Positions 1 through 13,930 of a stretch of 64,000 nucleotides of DNA are shown here, piece by piece. Each line of letters opens with the position of its first letter. Position 1 is the first letter of the stretch. Source of the stretch: Scyliorhinus canicula. Taxonomy: Eukaryota. Location: positions 1,612,001 through 1,676,000 of the forward strand of contig NC_052171.1 of NCBI RefSeq assembly GCF_902713615.1, read 5' to 3'. The notes beneath the pieces were generated by a model that was given only the letters and a program-made list of their open reading frames with translations, was not told where the DNA came from and ran no database searches. The position numbers and the translations under genes were made by a program.

Positions 1-1226
1 TGTGGGAAGCCCCACACAATGTCTGACATGAAATGTAAATGAATCATTATGTATAACATGCAAATATAAATGCAGTGAGGCACTTCATACTGTTGTGTAC
101 TTAACCTGAGAAAGATTGAACAGTGCTGCACTTCAGATAATGCAAAATTTTAACTGTTCTGCAATGTATTTTACAAAATGGTATGAATATATTTCTGAAC
201 AAAGCAAAACAAAAAGTAAGACAGACACCTCAACCCTTATGCATACACAAGTGACATAAACAAACTTCCTTAAGTGCAGTTTTGTCTCTGCAGTCTACAC
301 GTCCCAGTTTGTGCACCTCAGACCAGTATTTTCCAGTCTATCATGGGTGCCTTGGTGGCCCAGCCACAAGTCTATTGACTGATGGTGGTACTGGATGATC
401 CTGGCGACGAGCACGGCAAGGAAAATGTCACTGCTCGTACCTTCTTATCTCAAAATTATTCAATCTTCTCAGAGGTTTGGGTGATCTGCTGCCACCAAGT
501 GGATAAACCCTGTCACCAATTCACAAGAGTCATCCTGAGAGATTGAATGGGTTGAGTCTATCCACTGTGGTGTTTAGAAGGATGAGAGGTGATTTCACTG
601 AAAGAAATTAAATTCTGAGAGGTCCTGACAGGGCAGAGACTGAGAGGATGTTTCCTCTGATTGGAGTCGAGAACTAAAGGTTGGTATCTCAGGACAAGAC
701 CATTTTGGACTAATCTGAGAAGAATTTGTTTCACTCAGAGGATTGTCAATCTTCACAATTGCCTGCTCCAGATGACTGAAGATGCTGAGTTGTCATGTCT
801 GTGATTGCACAAGTCCCCCTGGCAGGAAATCAGCTTGGAATTTGTTTTTTCGATTTTGATGGTTTATTCTTCCGATTTTGAGCAGTATCTGCTGATCTGT
901 TCCAGGAACTACATTAGCATGAATTTGCAGCCCATGAATTCTCATTTAAAAAGCCAATTCACCAGAATTCCATTCCCCCTCCAAATTCAGCAGTGGATAA
1001 TTAAAAGTCTGTTTCCTGACTGGATGTAAGTGACATACACCTGGTGAGTTTAAGTTCATCAACAACTTTGAGATATGTCCATGCTGCTTTTGTCTATCGT
1101 TAAGAAAGTCGATGGGAGATTTTGGGTGCTTGTATCAGAAGCTGTACTGAGGCTTGGCACAGGAGGCAAGACCAGAGAGGAGGGGGAAGATAGAAGCCGG
1201 AGTGGAGAGGAACATGGGAGGAACAT

Positions 1227-2445
1227 ACTAACTTGATAGAGTTTTTCGTCAAGGTCACAAAGATGATTGATGCAGGTAGGGCAGTGGATGTTGTCTATAT
1301 GAACTTCAGTAAGGCCTTGACAAGGTCTCTCATGGTAGACTGGCACAAAAGGTGAAGTCACACGGGATCAGGGGTGAGCTGGCAAGATGGATACAGAACT
1401 CGCTAGGTCGTAGAAGGCTGAGAGTAGCAATGGAAGGGTGCTTTTCTAATTGGAGGGCTGTGACTAGTGGTGTTCCGCAGGGATCAGTACTGGGACCTTT
1501 GCTGTTCGCAGTATATATAAATAATTTGGAGGAAAATGTAACTGGTCTGATTAGTAAGTTTGCAGACAACACAAAGGTTGGTGGAATTGCGGATAGCGAT
1601 GAGGACTGTCAGAGGATACAGCAGGATTTAGATTGTTTGGAGACTTGGGCAGAGAGATGGCAGATGGAGTTTAATCCGGACAAATGTGAGGCATTTTGGA
1701 AGGTCTAATGCAGGTAGGGAATATACAGTGAATGGTAGAACCTTCAAGGGTATTGACAGTCGGAGAGATCTTGGTATAAAGATCCACATGTCACTGAAAG
1801 GGGCAACACAGGCGGAGAAGGTAGTCAAGAAGGCACAAGGCATGCTTGCCTTCATTGGCCGGGGCATTGAGTATAAGAATTGGCAAGTCATGTTGCAGCT
1901 GTACAGGACCTTAGTCAGGCCACACTTGGAGTATAGTGTTCAATTCTGGTCGCCATACTACCAGAAGGATGTGGAGGCTTTAGAGAGATTTACCAGGATG
2001 TTGCCTGGTATGGAGGGCATTAGCTATGAGGAGTGGTTGAATGAACTCGGTTTGTTCTCACTGGAATGACGGAGGTTGAGGGGTGACCTGATAGAGGTCT
2101 ACAAAATTATGAGGGGCATAGACAGGGTGGATAGTCAGAGGCTTTTTCCCAGGGTAAATGGGTCAATTACTAGAGGGCATCGGTTTAAGGTGCGAGGGGC
2201 AAGATTTAGAGGAGATGTACAAAGCAGGTTTTTATCACAGAGGGTAGTAGGTGCCTAGAACTCGCTGCAGGAGGAGGTGGTGGAAGCAGGGATGATAGTG
2301 GCATTTAAGGGGCATCTTGACAAATACATGAATTGGATGGGAAAGGAGGGATACGGACCCAGGAAGTGTAGAAGATTTTAGTTTAGACGTGCAGCATTGT
2401 CGGCGCAGGCTTGGAGGGCCTGTGCTGTACTTTTCTTTGTTCTTT
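1227..2445 (+). mobile_element. 5'-truncated CR1-clade LINE (RT C-terminal half plus 3' UTR), decayed
   Basis: SGVPQGSVLGPLLF, SKFADNTKVGG, YRTLVRPHLEY, LRGDLIEVYKIM; frameshifts; CTGTGCTGTA tail. Confidence 0.92.
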
Positions 2446-3199
2446 GAAGTGGGAAGATGGAGATAGAACTGGTGGGAGGTGAAGGAGCTGAGTGGAATTC
2501 TGAAAGGCTGTCCTGGTGCTGAGGCCATGCTGTCAGGGACAAACTGAACAGATTATCCTCGGCTCTAAGGGCCATATTAGAGGGCTCTGCATCTCTTGGG
2601 TGGGTGCAGGTCTCTTTGGGCAGTGCAGTATAGTGTTCAGGGTGTTCAGTGACCTAAAGAATTTGGTCTTGGGGTTGAAACATTGTACTGTCAAACAGAT
2701 GGCAGTCACAATTATGGGAGGCATCTACATCCTGTAAGCTGGGAAGTATCATGGGGGGGGGGGGGGGGGGGGGGGGGGCAGCCCAGAGTGTCAGGGTTCT
2801 CAAGAAGGGGAGAGGTCAGGTCAATAAAGGGTCTGGGACATCATGGAAGGGTTCAGGAGGAGGACAGGAACACCAACATGGATTATGATGGGTTTATGGG
2901 TCGGATCGTGATCAGAGGAAGTGGAATTAGGAGGTGGTGAGAATGGAGAAGGATGGGAGGGACTTGGTGGATGACAGGGAGGGATTGGAAGCTGCACATG
3001 AATGAGAGCAGTACCATTTTCAACTTGACCTTCCAGTTCTAAAATCAAGAAAGAAGAAAATCAGTTGGATTGCAGTTCAGGGCGTGTGGGAGGATTTCAG
3101 TACAACAAAGCGTCATTAGTTTAAGGGAAACCTGATAACTGTCTTGCTTAAACCATGGACAGCATGGCTCAGCTCAGTGCAGGAATAGCTTCTTTGACA

Positions 3200-5375
3200 A
3201 TATGTGGCAAGCCCAACAAGAGGAGTCACAATTTTGGATTTAGTCTTGAGAAATGAAGATGGTCATGCAGGTGATGTGATAGTGGGCAACCTTATCGGGG
3301 ATAGTGACCACAATTCAATTTGATTTAGTATTATTGTAGAAAAGGACAGAGATGAATCATGAGTAAACGTTTTAAACTGGGAAGGCAAATTTTAAAAAAG
3401 AAATGATTTGGCTCAGGTGGACTGGACAAGACTACGAAAGGATAACTCAGTGGGAAGCATTCATAAGTGAGATCCTTCAGATACAAAGCAGACATGAACC
3501 CTGCAAAAAAAAGCATGATACTGCCAAATCTGGACCCCCGTGGTTGTCTAGAAAAATACATGGGAAGATTAAAGAGAAAAAGAAATCTAATGACCAAAAA
3601 CCTGCAGATAGCCTCAAGGAGCAAAATAAGAAATGAGGAAATCAAAGAGAGGGCATGAAAAAACATTGCAAGCAAATTAAGGAAAAGCCAAAGATGTTTT
3701 ACCAGTATACAAAGAGCGAAAGGATAGCTTAGGGAAAAGGTAAGATCTCTCAGAGATGAAGAACTTGTGTGAAGATGCAGAGGACATGGAAAGAGTTTTA
3801 AAATAATATTTTGTCTCTATGTTCACAAAGGAAGGGGATGACGCAGTGTTGATGGGCGTGAGATTGTTCTTTGTTGCTGAGGTTGTGGTCTTTGTAGCTG
3901 CCAGTCTTCCAAGGTCGTGAAGTGTTAAAATCATCAGTTGGTTTGGTTCTTTGAACGGTTCTTAGAACATGCAGGCTTTAGAATTCTCTATGGGGAGTCC
4001 CCTTCAATTGAAAGACCCCACCATACTGATTCTCTGACTCACTGCAACAATATTAGAATCTTTCACCTGAGGATTTCAAATAGGTTTTTAAACAGCCCCT
4101 CTTTCTGCAGGTTGGACTGACTGCAGAAATAAAGACACAGGCCACCAGTTGAGATAAATCAGATTCAGCTCACCAGTCTTTTAAACAGATCAGAGGGATC
4201 AAGGCATTGTACTCTCCGGCTTCAGGGAGAGAGAACTTTGTCTTCTTCAGCTCAGTCCCAAAAATCGAAACCGGAAACCTGAGAGCCAGTCTGCCTGTCT
4301 TTCTCGAAACTTCTGAAGGGTTCCACCAATGGTAATCGACAAAAGGGGTTTGTCCCGAAATTCTAGGATAGCCGATTGGCTGCCAAGCCTGTCAAAATGG
4401 GTCTTCGCTGATGTCATAGCACATCAAAGTTTTTTTTATCAAATGAAAAGGTTGGCCCCAGCAATGTGCAGGTGCAGGATGTATAACAGCCAAAGGTCAG
4501 AAATTTAAAGGGATTCACAAGAGCGCTCCTGACAGCGGAAATAGTAATCCAAGAAGAGCAGTGTGAAATATTGGATGAAATAATTATAACAAGAGAGGAT
4601 GTGTTTGAGTTGTCGGGATCCTTGAAAGTGGGTAAGTCGTCAGTGCTGGATCGATTGTTTCCCAGGTTGTTCAAGGTCAGGAGGGAAATAGCAGATGTTC
4701 TGAGGATTATTTTCCAATCTTTGCTCGACACAGAGGAGGTGCCAGTGGACTGGAGGAATGCAAATGTGGTTCCGTTGCTTGAGAGGTGTGTGAAGGAAAT
4801 GGCCAACAATTATAGGCCAATTAGTCTAACTTGGGTGTTGGGCAAATTGTTAGAATCAATCCTGAGAGATTGGATAAACTGTCACTTAGAAAGGCATGGA
4901 CTCGTCAGGGATAGTCAGCATGGCTTTGTTAAGGGATGGTGAAATTTGATTGAATTCTTTGAGAAAGTGACAAGGAGGATCGATGAAGGTGTAGTGCAGT
5001 GGATGTCGTACAGATGGATTTTAGGAAGGCATTTGGCAAGGTCACACATGGCATTGACCAAAAAAGTAAAAGCCCATGGGTTACATGGTAATGTGGCGAA
5101 TTGGACCCAAAGTTGGTTTCATAATGGGAACCAAAGTGTCACAGATTGAACCTAAGTGGAAGAAGGATTAGAGGGGACACGAGGAAACATTTTTTGTGCA
5201 GAGGGTGGTGGGTGTCTGGAAATTGCTGCCTGAGTTGCTGGTGGAGGCAGAAACTCTAAACTCTTTTAAAATGTACCTGGATCTTCACCTTAAGTGCTGA
5301 AAGGGCACCTGAGTGTCTTTGGGTTGGCATGGACAAGACAGGCCGAACGGACTCCCTCTGTGCTTTCTATGGTTC
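3200..5375 (+). mobile_element. Degenerate CR1-clade LINE fragments interrupted by a solo LTR
   Basis: VPVDWRNANVVPL, NYRPISLT, SQHGFVKG; CR1-type 3' tail near 5340-5375. Confidence 0.8.
3847..4534. mobile_element. Probable solo LTR (688 bp) inserted in CR1
   Basis: TGTTG...TGACA ends; flanks GCAG/GCGG (4-bp TSD with 1 mismatch); CR1 sequence resumes on both sides. Confidence 0.55.
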
Positions 5376-6280
5376 TTTCTATCACTGATATAATTTCCCA
5401 AGGTTTTTCTGTGAGCAAAGAAATTTGCTCAGCACTAACAGTTGGAGGTAGCTGTGAACAACATTGTCCCAATTCTCTGCTACATGCTCACACCAACACC
5501 CCACATGCCATATAACATTCAAACCCTTTACTGCCTTTTAATCGGCAACCCATTGATAACAATTTTGTTTATGTTTATATTTTTGCCATCTATTATTCTT
5601 TATGTGTGTCTATGTGTGTAAGAAACTGTGGAACACACATACTCCATCGATAATATGGACACTTAGATGTGCCATTTGGAAAAAACAATCATCAGATCCC
5701 GATTGTAGATTAACAATCATCATAAATCCCCATTATAAATTTTAATGCATATCCACTGCTTAATGAGGATATTTGTTCTAAACTCAGAGCAAGGTCAGCG
5801 AGATGGATAATCTGACACAAGGCAATGGTAGTTTGCTGAGACAGTGATGGGAAGAAAAAAAAATCACACAAGGTTGTGTTTTTGACAACCAACCAGACAC
5901 ATTCACACACCTTTACCTTGATTTCTTTCTCATGTTTCAGACCAGGCTGTTCAGAATCAGACAGATTATTGTGTGCTTTCTGGATTGGTAATTCTAGGTG
6001 CCCTCAGGGAAGCCTAAAAGGGGAAAATAATTTTAAACTGGCAGACTGTAATGTAAATAAGAACAACCTATTTCTTAGCAACTATGGTGCACAGAGTGCA
6101 AGTGTCAGCTAAGAAACCAAGCTTGACCAGACTATTGGTGTCAGACAGAAGAGTGAAGAAATGTAGCACAGATCCTCAAAGTGGAAATTCTCCATGAGAT
6201 GCAAGTTCTGTCACATAACAAACTCAAACTCTTCTCACAAAGCTGCAAACATCGTAAATATTCACAACAACCCGAGATTT

Positions 6281-6625
6281 GGGGCAGCAGGGTAGCATGG
6301 TAGTTAGCATAAATGCTTCACAGCTCCAGGGTCCCAGGTTTGATTTCCGGCTGGGTCACTGTCCGTGTGGAGTCTGCACGTCCTCCCCGTGTGTGCGTGG
6401 GTTTCCTCCGGGTGCTCCGGTTTCCTCCCACAGTCCAAAGATGTGCGGGTTAGGTGGATTGGCCATGCTAAATTGACGTAGTGTCCTAATAAAAAGTAAG
6501 GTTAAGGGGGGGGTTGTTGGGTTACGGGTATAGGGTGGATACGTGGGTTTGAGTAGGGTGATCATGGCTCGGCACAACATTGAGGGCCGAAGGGCCTGTT
6601 CTGTGCTGTACTGTTCTATGTTCTA
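6281..6625 (+). mobile_element. Full-length tRNA-derived V-SINE (HE1-like)
   Basis: tRNA-like head, V-core GTGGGTTTCCTCCGGGTGCTCCGGTTTCCTCCCACAGTCCAAAGA, CR1-derived tail GGCCGAAGGGCCTGTTCTGTGCTGTA. Confidence 0.9.
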
Positions 6626-6786
6626 TTAATACAATCAAAAGGTTGACATGCATCTCATTTCTATTCAACAGAAGTCTACTCTGGTCACATTGACAAGGAA
6701 AGCAAGGTTCTGAAATGTGCAATTAATTCTACAAACTTGTGAATTTCTCCACTGATCAGTTAGTTTTTCTTCCTACTGCCAATTCA

Positions 6787-7014
6787 CATGCTGCAGGGAT
6801 ATGGGGAAAAGGTAGGGGAGCTCATGGTGCTCATGCTGCAGGGATATGGGGAAAAGGTAGGGGAGCTCATGGTGCTCATGCTGCAGGGATATGGGGAAAA
6901 GGTAGGGGAGCTCATGGTGCTCATGCTGCAGGGATATGGGGAAAAGGTAGGGGAGCTCATGGTGCTCATGCTGCAGGGATATGGGGAAAAGGTAGGGGAG
7001 CTCATGGTGCTCAT
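6787..7014 (+). repeat. 45-bp perfect tandem repeat x5 (CATGCTGCAGGGATATGGGGAAAAGGTAGGGGAGCTCATGGTGCT)
   Basis: Direct reading; 15-aa periodicity in ORF track. Confidence 0.95.
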
Positions 7015-8585
7015 TTGGAGAGCCGGTGCAGACAGGTGGGCCATCCATGATCCTTCTGCACTGTAACAATCCTGTGATTCAGGCAGTTTTGGCTTATTTT
7101 TTCCAATTAAGGGGCAATTTAGCGTGGCCAATCCACCTACCATGTGCATCTTTGGGTTGTGGGGGTGAGACCCACGCAGACACAGGAAGAATGTGCAAAC
7201 TCCACACAGACAGTGACCCAGGGCTGGGATCAACAATTTGGGCTTCTTGTTTTGACGCTATAGACTGATTGGTGTATGACAAGCTGCTCATTATCCTTCC
7301 TTTCTAGTGTCAAAACGTTAGTACACTCTGCACCAGTACAGTACAAATTGCTAATTTGTACAATTTGCACAATAATGACAAAATAATGAGAATTCAACAA
7401 TACTGTGTCATCTGAGACAAAGCTATGAATTCAATTAAGTAAATTGGGTAAAGATGAAGTCAAAATGTAAATCCACAGTCTATGCAGCACCCAGAACTCG
7501 GTATTCTGGCAAAATTATTACCAGGGAATTAGGTACGCCAGCACACGTGACAATGATATCAATGCTGCACACATGGGACTCAGAGATAAGCCACTCAGTC
7601 GAGCTTGTCACTGAACACTTGAATAATTCGACCGGACCCCACACAGAAAACTTTACAGGGAAAAGCTGATGGAATCGGAGGTCTTTTTGGCTCCTTTTCA
7701 GTGCAGACTCCGTTAATTGGTTTGACCTCCTTTTACTGGTCAGTGCACGACGGTGGAAGGTGGATCCAGCAAGTTGAAAGTTAAGTGGCTCTTTCAGCAA
7801 TGCAATGCTGTCCAAATGAGCAGGCAAAGGTCTCCTGGTGAGTCGAAGCAATAGTTAGAGGCTTTGAAGCTACTCCTTCTCTTTATCTTCCCTTCTGTCC
7901 TGAAGATACAACTTCACACATGCACATTGCAGTCCTGCGATCTGATCAAGTGGCCTAATTTCATGGCTCTAATTAGTCTGCAGCATTCTCAAATCTACAA
8001 ATGATCGGAGAAAACACATTTCAACTGATGGTTGAAAGTTGCATTTAGCAAAATAATGCTTTTGGGGATCAGTGACAATTCGGGTAAATCCAAAATGAGG
8101 CTGCTCCCTTTAGGTCCGACTGTCCAAGAGGACCCGAGTTCTCCCATGCACAAACGGGCCTAAAGAAATGAGCTGGATAATTTTCCCTGGCCACCCAGCA
8201 CGGTGATACAGTGGTTAGCACTGCTGCCTCATTGCGCCAAGGACCCGGGTTTGATCCCACCCCTGAATCACTGTCCATGTGGAGTTTGTCCATTCTCCAC
8301 ATGTCTGCGTGGGTCTCACCCCCACAACCCAAAAAGATGTGCAGGTTACCTGGATTGGCCACACTAAATTGCCCCTTAATTTAAAAAAAAATTCCCAGGC
8401 CATCAATGATTACCTCTATCTAGTTGGCTCAACAGCAGTGTTTGCAGGAATCTGGGAGCCAAGGAGTGATGAAAGTAGAAGTGGGAAACAAAGACAAAAT
8501 TACATTAGTTGATTAGCAGTTCAAGGTAGGCAAAAGAAAGACTAACTAGAGGGACCCCCCACAGGGACACCTTAACTAAACAAAC

Positions 8586-10156
8586 ACCCAACGGAATGTG
8601 GGTCATACAGACCCATATCTCTGCTGAACGCAGACGCCAAAATACTGGCCAAAATCCTAGCCAAAAGGCTAGAAGACTGTGTACCTGAGGTGGTCACAGA
8701 GGTCCAGACGGGCTTCGTCAAAGGTAGACAGCTTACCGCGAACATCAGGCGCCTGCTGAACGTGATAATGACCCCCTCCGGGGAGAGAACACAAGAGGTG
8801 ATCGTCTCCCTGGACGCAGAAAAGGCCTTCGACAGAGTCGAATGGAAATACCTCATAGAGGTACTGGAGCGGTTCGGGCTTGGAACAGGGTTCACCGCTT
8901 GGGTAAAGCTCCTATACAACGCTCCCATGGCGAGTGTACGGACCAACAATACCAACTCCCAATACTTCCAGCTGCACAGGGGCACTAGACAAGGATGCCC
9001 ACTGTCCCCGCTGCTGTTCGCACTAGCAATCGAACCGCTAGCAATCGCGCTCAGGGCAGCAAAAAATTGGAGGGGGATCCGAAGGGGAGGTAGAGAGCAC
9101 AGAGTCTCACTCTATGCGGTGAATCTGCTCCTCTATATCTCGGACCCACAAAGCAGCATGGACGGAATCATAGCGCTCCTGAAAGAGTTTGGAGCCTTCT
9201 CGGGCTACAAACTCAACATGAGCAAAAGTGAGATCTTCCCAGTACACCCGCAAGGGGGTGGGCAGCACTAAAGGGGCTGCCGTTCAAACAAGCCCGAAAT
9301 AAATTCCGCTACCTGGGGATCCAAATAGCCCATGACTGGAAAGGGATCCACAAATGGAACCTCACCAGCCTGACGGAGGAAGTTAAAAAGGACCTGCAAA
9401 GATGGAACACACTCCCGCTCTCCCTCGCGGGGAGAGTCCAGATGATCAAAATGAACGTACTGCCCAGGTTCCTTTTCCTGTTTAGATCCATTCCGATCTA
9501 CATCCCCAAGGCCTTTTTCAAAGCGCTGGACAAACATATCATGGCGTTCGTATGGGGGGGTAAAAATGCTAGGATCCCAAAGAAAGTCATACAAAAAACA
9601 AAATCCAGGGGGGGGCTAGCCCTCCCGAATCTACAATTCTACCACTGGGCGGCAACAGCCGAGCGAGTAAGGGGATGGATCCAGGAGCCAGAAGCCGAGT
9701 GGGTGCGTGCGGAGGAGGCCTCCTGCATGGGAACCTCCCTCCGGGCCCTCGCCACGGCAGCACTCCCATCCCCACCCAAAAAACACTCCACCAGCCCAGT
9801 GGTGACAGCCACCCTCCAATCCTGGAACCAACTGCGGCAGCAATTTGGCCAGATCTATTCCTGGGGAGGAGGGCGGACGCCCTTGCCTTTGCCTCCCTGA
9901 TCGCCCGCCGTAGAATCCTGTTTGGCTGGCGGTCAGCAGCACCACCCAGAGCTGCAGACTGGCTGTCCGACCTCTCGGAATCTCTCCAAATGGAGAAAAT
10001 CAAATTCGCCATCCGAGGGTCGGACGACGGCTTCCACAGAACGTGGGAGCCATTCATGCAACTGTTCCGGGACCTGTTTGTGGCCAACGTACATGAGGAA
10101 GAATAGTCGGGTGGCCAAGAACCAGGGGAAAATGGGCGGGAATCGGGGGAAGGTAG

Positions 10157-10188
<32 letters not shown>

Positions 10189-10460
10189 CTACGGGCTCGG
10201 TATGGGGGTTTGATGGCAAGCCAAGGCCCAAAACCAAACTATAAATAAATGCCTGTAAACACGTGCCTCGGCCATATTGGGGAATGTAAAATATGTATGC
10301 TGGCTAAAGGGGGCGGCCACAATTATTGTTATGAAGATGCTTACCTGTAAATATTCATGTTAAATTTTTGTGTTTTCCTTTTTTTTTTCTCTCTCTCTAA
10401 TAACTTGTAATTTGTCATATATAAAATATGAAAACTCAATAAAAAAACATTTATAAAAAA
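8586..10460 (+). mobile_element. 5'-truncated, internally deleted L1-clade LINE with 12-bp TSD AACTAAACAAAC
   Basis: RT motifs QTGFVKGR, SLDAEKAFDRVEW, RGTRQGCPLSPLLF; YADD decayed to YAVN; AATAAA and poly(A); TSD at 8574-8585 and 10461-10472. Confidence 0.92.
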
Positions 10461-11013
10461 AACTAAACAAACCCTCCCCCCTCCCAAGGGAACCCTGAAA
10501 TAGGGGGACCCCCCCCCCCCCCCAGAGGGACCTCCTACAGACCCCTGTCTGGAAGCGAAAGCAGTTCAGACAGGGGCAGTGAAAGAAAATGACAGTTGTA
10601 ACACTTAAACTAGAAGCATCATCTGTCCATTTCTGGAAAGAGAAGAGCTGTGGCCTGTGTTTAAACCTCTCAGATCCATTAGCTGCAAGCCATTCATTCC
10701 TTTCTGGTGGTGGGCTGTGATTGAAAGCTTCTACAAAACTGCTGTTAGCTTTGCTTCATTCACCTTCACAGTGCTGAAATCACAATGTTTGCAAATATCA
10801 TCCACATCAAAGTAAGTTAAGCACTGTCAATTGCCAGCTCAGCACTTCAAAATCACTCAAGCCTGAAGAGGCACGATTGGAATGCAGTTAACTCAGGTTA
10901 AACACAGATCACAGCTCTGAATCCTACATGAGCAATTCTTCTGGACTTTTGAAAACAGATCTGTTCAATTGCATCTCAATTTTTATGCCAGGGTGCCAAT
11001 ATTGCAGAGAAAG

Positions 11014-11595
11014 GGGGCAAGATTCTCCGCGAATGCGGAGAATCGTAAAGGCTGTCGTGGGACAGGCCGTGACCCACGGCAGCCTTCACGCCCACTTCCG
11101 GGGCCGATTCTCCTCCCCCCGGGCGGGGCTAGGAGCGATGACAACGCCAACCCGCGCAAGCGCAGTTGCCGTCTTTTCCCTCCGCCGCCCCGCAAGACGT
11201 GGCGGCTTGATCTTGCGGGGCGGCAGAGGGAAAAGAGTGCATCCGTTACGGACGCACGGCCCGCGATCGGTACCCACCGATCGCGGGCCTATGCCTCCCT
11301 TGGCACGGCCGTGGTACTGCCGTGCCAATCGGGCCCCCAGATGCCCCAAACGGGCATCTGGCGCCCGTTTAACGACAGCAGCGAGCAGGTGTGTTTGCTG
11401 CCATGTTGAAACGGCGTGAAGGCCCGGCTGCTCGGCCCATCGGCCTTGGAGAACCGCCGCTCGCCGTAAAAAACGGTGAGCGGCGATTTGTAGCGTGGGT
11501 CGGGCGTGGGGGGGAGAGAATAGTGGGAGGGCGTGAAAAATGTCGGGAGGCCCTCCTGCTATTCTCCCACCCGGCGTGGGGGGCGGAGAGTCGCA
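11014..11595. mobile_element. GC-rich non-autonomous TIR element (MITE-like, possibly PIF/Harbinger)
   Basis: Imperfect terminal inverted repeats GGGCAAGATTCTCCG and CGGAGAGTCGCAC; CpG-rich interior. Confidence 0.5.
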
Positions 11596-11760
11596 CTCAG
11601 GGTCTTTTTCTCACTCTTTTAAAAGAGCTTTGTGCTTGGATCCTCTCCCCTGCTCTCTTATCCCTTTGGTCTTGATTGTAAACTTTTGTGACCAGTTTTC
11701 TGCCTTTATTTTAAAAGTGTCAGGTAATACCTCACATCTGCATCGAGCAGCAGGACCTCA

Positions 11761-13044
11761 GGCGCGATTTAATGGAAAGGTTTCTCAGTGCAGTACTGAG
11801 CGGGAACTGCGACAAGCTTCCTGACGCTCAGCCCAGCGAGGCCACCACCAGTATAAAATGCTAATTGATCCACTTAACGAGGCCTCATGGGCTACACGCC
11901 TAAAATGAATGTCCCGATGGCTGATTCGCCTGGACCGCTTCTGACAACTCCCCATCAACAAGGGGGAACAGCACTTAAATTAATCCTGCAGAGCACATCC
12001 AAACAGCTCGCAGCTCGCAGCGATTCCAGTGAGGAGTCCAGCTATGACTTGGGGGTGCTGACCTGGCCAGACTGTTGGGCAGGGTTGAGATCAAATGGAA
12101 TGCCCTATTTCCCTAAGGGTCTTGAAGGGACATCCACAGGGCAGCCAGTGCCACCTGGGAACAAGTGACAAAGGCTGTCAGTTTGGGGAGCCAAGAAGGA
12201 CCGGCACCCAGCGCCAGAAGAAGATCAACAGTGTGGGCAGTGTGGTGACACAGTGGTTAGCAGTGCTGCCTCATGGCACCGAGAACCCAGGTTTGATCCC
12301 GGCCCCAGGTGTGAAGTTTGCACATTCTCCCCGTGTCTGAGTGGGTCTCACCCAAAACAACCGAAAAGATATGCAGGTGTATTGGCCACGTATTTTCCAA
12401 TTGGATGGGGCTTTTCACAGAAACTTCATTGAAGCCTACTTGTGACAATAAGCAATTATTATTTTTATCATTATTATTAACTGGAAAAATGTTTTTATAA
12501 ATATCAAATAAAGATCAACGACCTCCACTGGACGGCATGGGTATGTTGGCATAGGCTTCCTGGCACTGCCACCGCCCAGCATCATTCTGTGCCCCAGCCC
12601 ACCCATGTCCATCAGTGCCGCCCACGCCGCCCAACTCATAATGATCTTCACGATTGTCACATTAACTTAACACTGCAATGACGTTACTGTGAAAATCCCA
12701 CAGTCGCCACGCCCTGGCGCCTCTTCGGGTACACAGAGGGAGAATTCAGAATGTCCAATCCACCTCATATGCAAGTCTTTCAGGACTGTAGGAGGACACC
12801 GGAGCACCCGGAGGAAACCCACGCAGACACGGGCAGAACGTGCAGACTCCGCACAGACAGTGACCCAAGCTGGGAATCAAACCTGCGATCCTGATGCCGT
12901 GAAGCTATTGTGCTACCGTGACATACGCCCCATCCCCCAAAACCTCCCTCCCATCCATTCCCCCCTCAAGTTTGGCCTTTCCCGTGATCTGACAGCCTCA
13001 TTGCACTCTTGCTCAATCGCAACGCAGCCATTAAATCGTGCCCC
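11761..13044. mobile_element. PIF/Harbinger-like non-autonomous element with nested SINEs
   Basis: TIRs GGCGCGATTTAATGG and CCATTAAATCGTGCC; TCA on both flanks (3-bp TNA TSD). Confidence 0.7.
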
Positions 13045-13059
13045 TCAAGTTCACCAAGG

Positions 13060-13930
13060 TAGGATATGAGACGAGCTAAGAGTGTGTTGGTATCATTCAA
13101 ATCTGGAAGTAACAAAAGCATGAATCAGGGTTTCAGCAGCAGAAGAGTTGAGGCAGGGATGGGACAGGGTAAGTTTTTTTTCAGTGAAATTAGGCAGTCT
13201 GAATGATATAGGCAGAAGCTCATTCCGGCATCAAATATGACATCAAGGTTGTGAACAGTGTGGTTTGGACTCACACTGTTGCCAGGGAGAGGGATGGAGC
13301 CAATGGCTGGGGAATGTAGTTTATACCAGGGCCAAAGAAAATGGCCAAGGTTCTCCAATCAGGGTTTGTGCCACCACTGCTGTCAGTGAGAATGGAGAAC
13401 TTGCGCTCAGTCAAAACAACATTCACTCCAGCAGGACTGGAGAATCCGCCAGCGTGAATAGACAGAGAATTCCGGCCAACGTCTTCAGTCCTCGCAATAT
13501 GTACGTGGAACAAAACTTCCGCTTATCCGGTACTGGATGTCGGTAAAACTAATCTGACAGTTTACAGTGGATGAATTCAGATTGGTGGTGGTGACTGGAG
13601 TTCGGTATTGTGAGCATGCAAGTCAAAACTGATCCTGAAATTGTGGACGATGTTGTCAAGGGGTTGAATGTCAATACTTATTAGGAACAGGTCAAGGATA
13701 GATCCTTGGGGAAAGCAGAGGTAATGGTGAGGGAGCGGCAAGAGATGCTATTCTTGGTGATTATCTTGTTTTGGTGAGATAGGTAAGAACGGAGTCAGTT
13801 CAGTGGAGTCCCAGCCAGAGAGAGAGCTGTTGGAGGAGGATGCTGTGATCAAGAATGAATGGTTGAGAAGGAAGAAGAAGGATAGTTTACCTTTGTTACA
13901 GACACATAGGATGCCATTTATTAAGCCTCA
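13060..13930 (-). mobile_element. Old L2-clade LINE fragment
   Basis: Minus-strand SIPLPGNSVSPNHTVHNLDVIFDAGMSF resembles L2 RT C-terminus (VRNLGVIFD). Confidence 0.6.

Noticed and set aside
5290-5472. Minus ORF MGQCCS...EQISLL resembling a myristoylated, dileucine-sorted microprotein
   Set aside because: The first codon is TTG, not ATG, and the ORF runs into CR1 tail sequence.
6281-6360. tRNA-like A and B boxes here and at many similar sites
   Set aside because: These are SINE heads followed by the V-core, not cloverleaf tRNA genes.
6739-7236. Repetitive ORFs (AHAAGIWGKGRG, HEHHELPY)
   Set aside because: Translations of the 45-bp VNTR.
294-7840. Isolated plus-strand exon-like segments (about 294-420, 5941-5987, 7659-7837)
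   Set aside because: Splice-like boundaries but no consistent reading frame or recognisable homology; cannot be supported without RNA data.
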